64,000 nt of DNA from Paludibacteraceae bacterium (GTDB taxonomy: Bacteria; Bacteroidota; Bacteroidia; Bacteroidales; Paludibacteraceae). The stretch is from positions 8,365-72,364 of the forward strand of contig JAFUUE010000028.1 in the NCBI GenBank assembly GCA_017483945.1. The letters run 5' to 3'. The notes beneath the pieces are model-generated. The model had not been told where the DNA came from, ran no database searches, and was given only the letters and a program-made list of their open reading frames with translations. Shown here in pieces: positions 63,642 through 64,000 of the stretch. Both the position numbers and the translations under genes were made by a program. The first letter of the stretch is position 1. Every line of letters starts with the position of its first letter.

Positions 63642-64000
63642 ATGAAGAAACAATTCCTTTTGCTATTCTCTCTTCTTTGGGCTACTGCCGCCATGGCGGG
63701 TTATGGTATTCTGGTCAACGGCAATACCTATTTCGCCGGTACCCACCAGGGGACTAACTTCGAGGGCTACGATGAGTATCTCGCCCACGTGACCGTTGCC
63801 GCAGGTGACCAACTCCAACTCTGCGATGACGAAAGTAATGTCCAGTGGGTAGTGGACCTCAATCCCTTTAGCGTAACGGGCTTCACCAAGGGTGCGAGTA
63901 CCTATACCGCCTCTGTATCGGGCTGCTACGACTTTTATATCCAACTGATGTACAATGCCGACCGCCTCTATATCGGCAACGGCTCCAACTGCGGCGCGGG
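63642..64000 (+). CDS. secreted protein, N-terminal part (runs off window end)
   Basis: ATG 63642. MKKQFLLLFSLLWATAAMAGYGILVNGNTYFAGTHQG...; open to the window end, function not recognisable. Confidence 0.5.
   Translation, partial: MKKQFLLLFSLLWATAAMAGYGILVNGNTYFAGTHQGTNFEGYDEYLAHVTVAAGDQLQLCDDESNVQWVVDLNPFSVTGFTKGASTYTASVSGCYDFYIQLMYNADRLYIGNGSNCGA

Overview
Chromosomal segment of a high-G+C Bacteroidota (Bacteroidales-type) genome. The lineage is inferred from content only: a porP-porK-porL-porM-porN type IX secretion (T9SS) operon, DUF6089-uppS-bamA-skp-skp, ftsX-DUF3098-uppP-truB-queA-ung-polA, exbB-x-exbD-exbD, and many TTTG-N19/20-TAnnTTTG promoters. I call about 56 protein genes, mostly housekeeping (truA, ribE, uxaB, ansA, pepD, polA, ung, queA, truB, uppP, ftsX, mdh, uppS, bamA, murF, DAHP synthase/chorismate mutase, miaB, cysS, nagB, glgB, trmO), 2 tRNAs (Ser-GGA, Arg-CCG) and several pseudogenes. 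Two visibly low-G+C islands flank mdh (about 29.5-32.3 kb and 33.65-39.0 kb). They carry secreted-protein genes: a C10 streptopain-like cysteine peptidase with a T9SS C-terminal sorting domain, a tail-fibre-like protein, an LTA-synthase-like protein, and decayed subtilisin-like and caspase-fold fragments. I found no CRISPR array, transposase, integrase, rRNA or recognisable defence system. The most unusual content is non-coding. (i) Many intergenic spacers hold locally unique tandem repeats with a 10-11 bp (one helical turn) period, including an orientation-locked (AAACAACTTT)n family that forms the leader of at least five genes. (ii) There is a modular family of GC-rich hairpins with covarying stems plus a conserved anchor CCAAACCCGTACCGTTC followed by 11-bp repeats. 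(iii) A two-copy 116/154-nt structured element shows compensatory substitutions, with one copy abutting tRNA-Ser. (iv) A ~200-nt nested-helix RNA candidate with its own intrinsic terminator lies downstream of nagB. PolA appears to lack the whole 3'-5' exonuclease domain. All functional calls rest on my reading of the translated ORFs and motifs; no database search was run.
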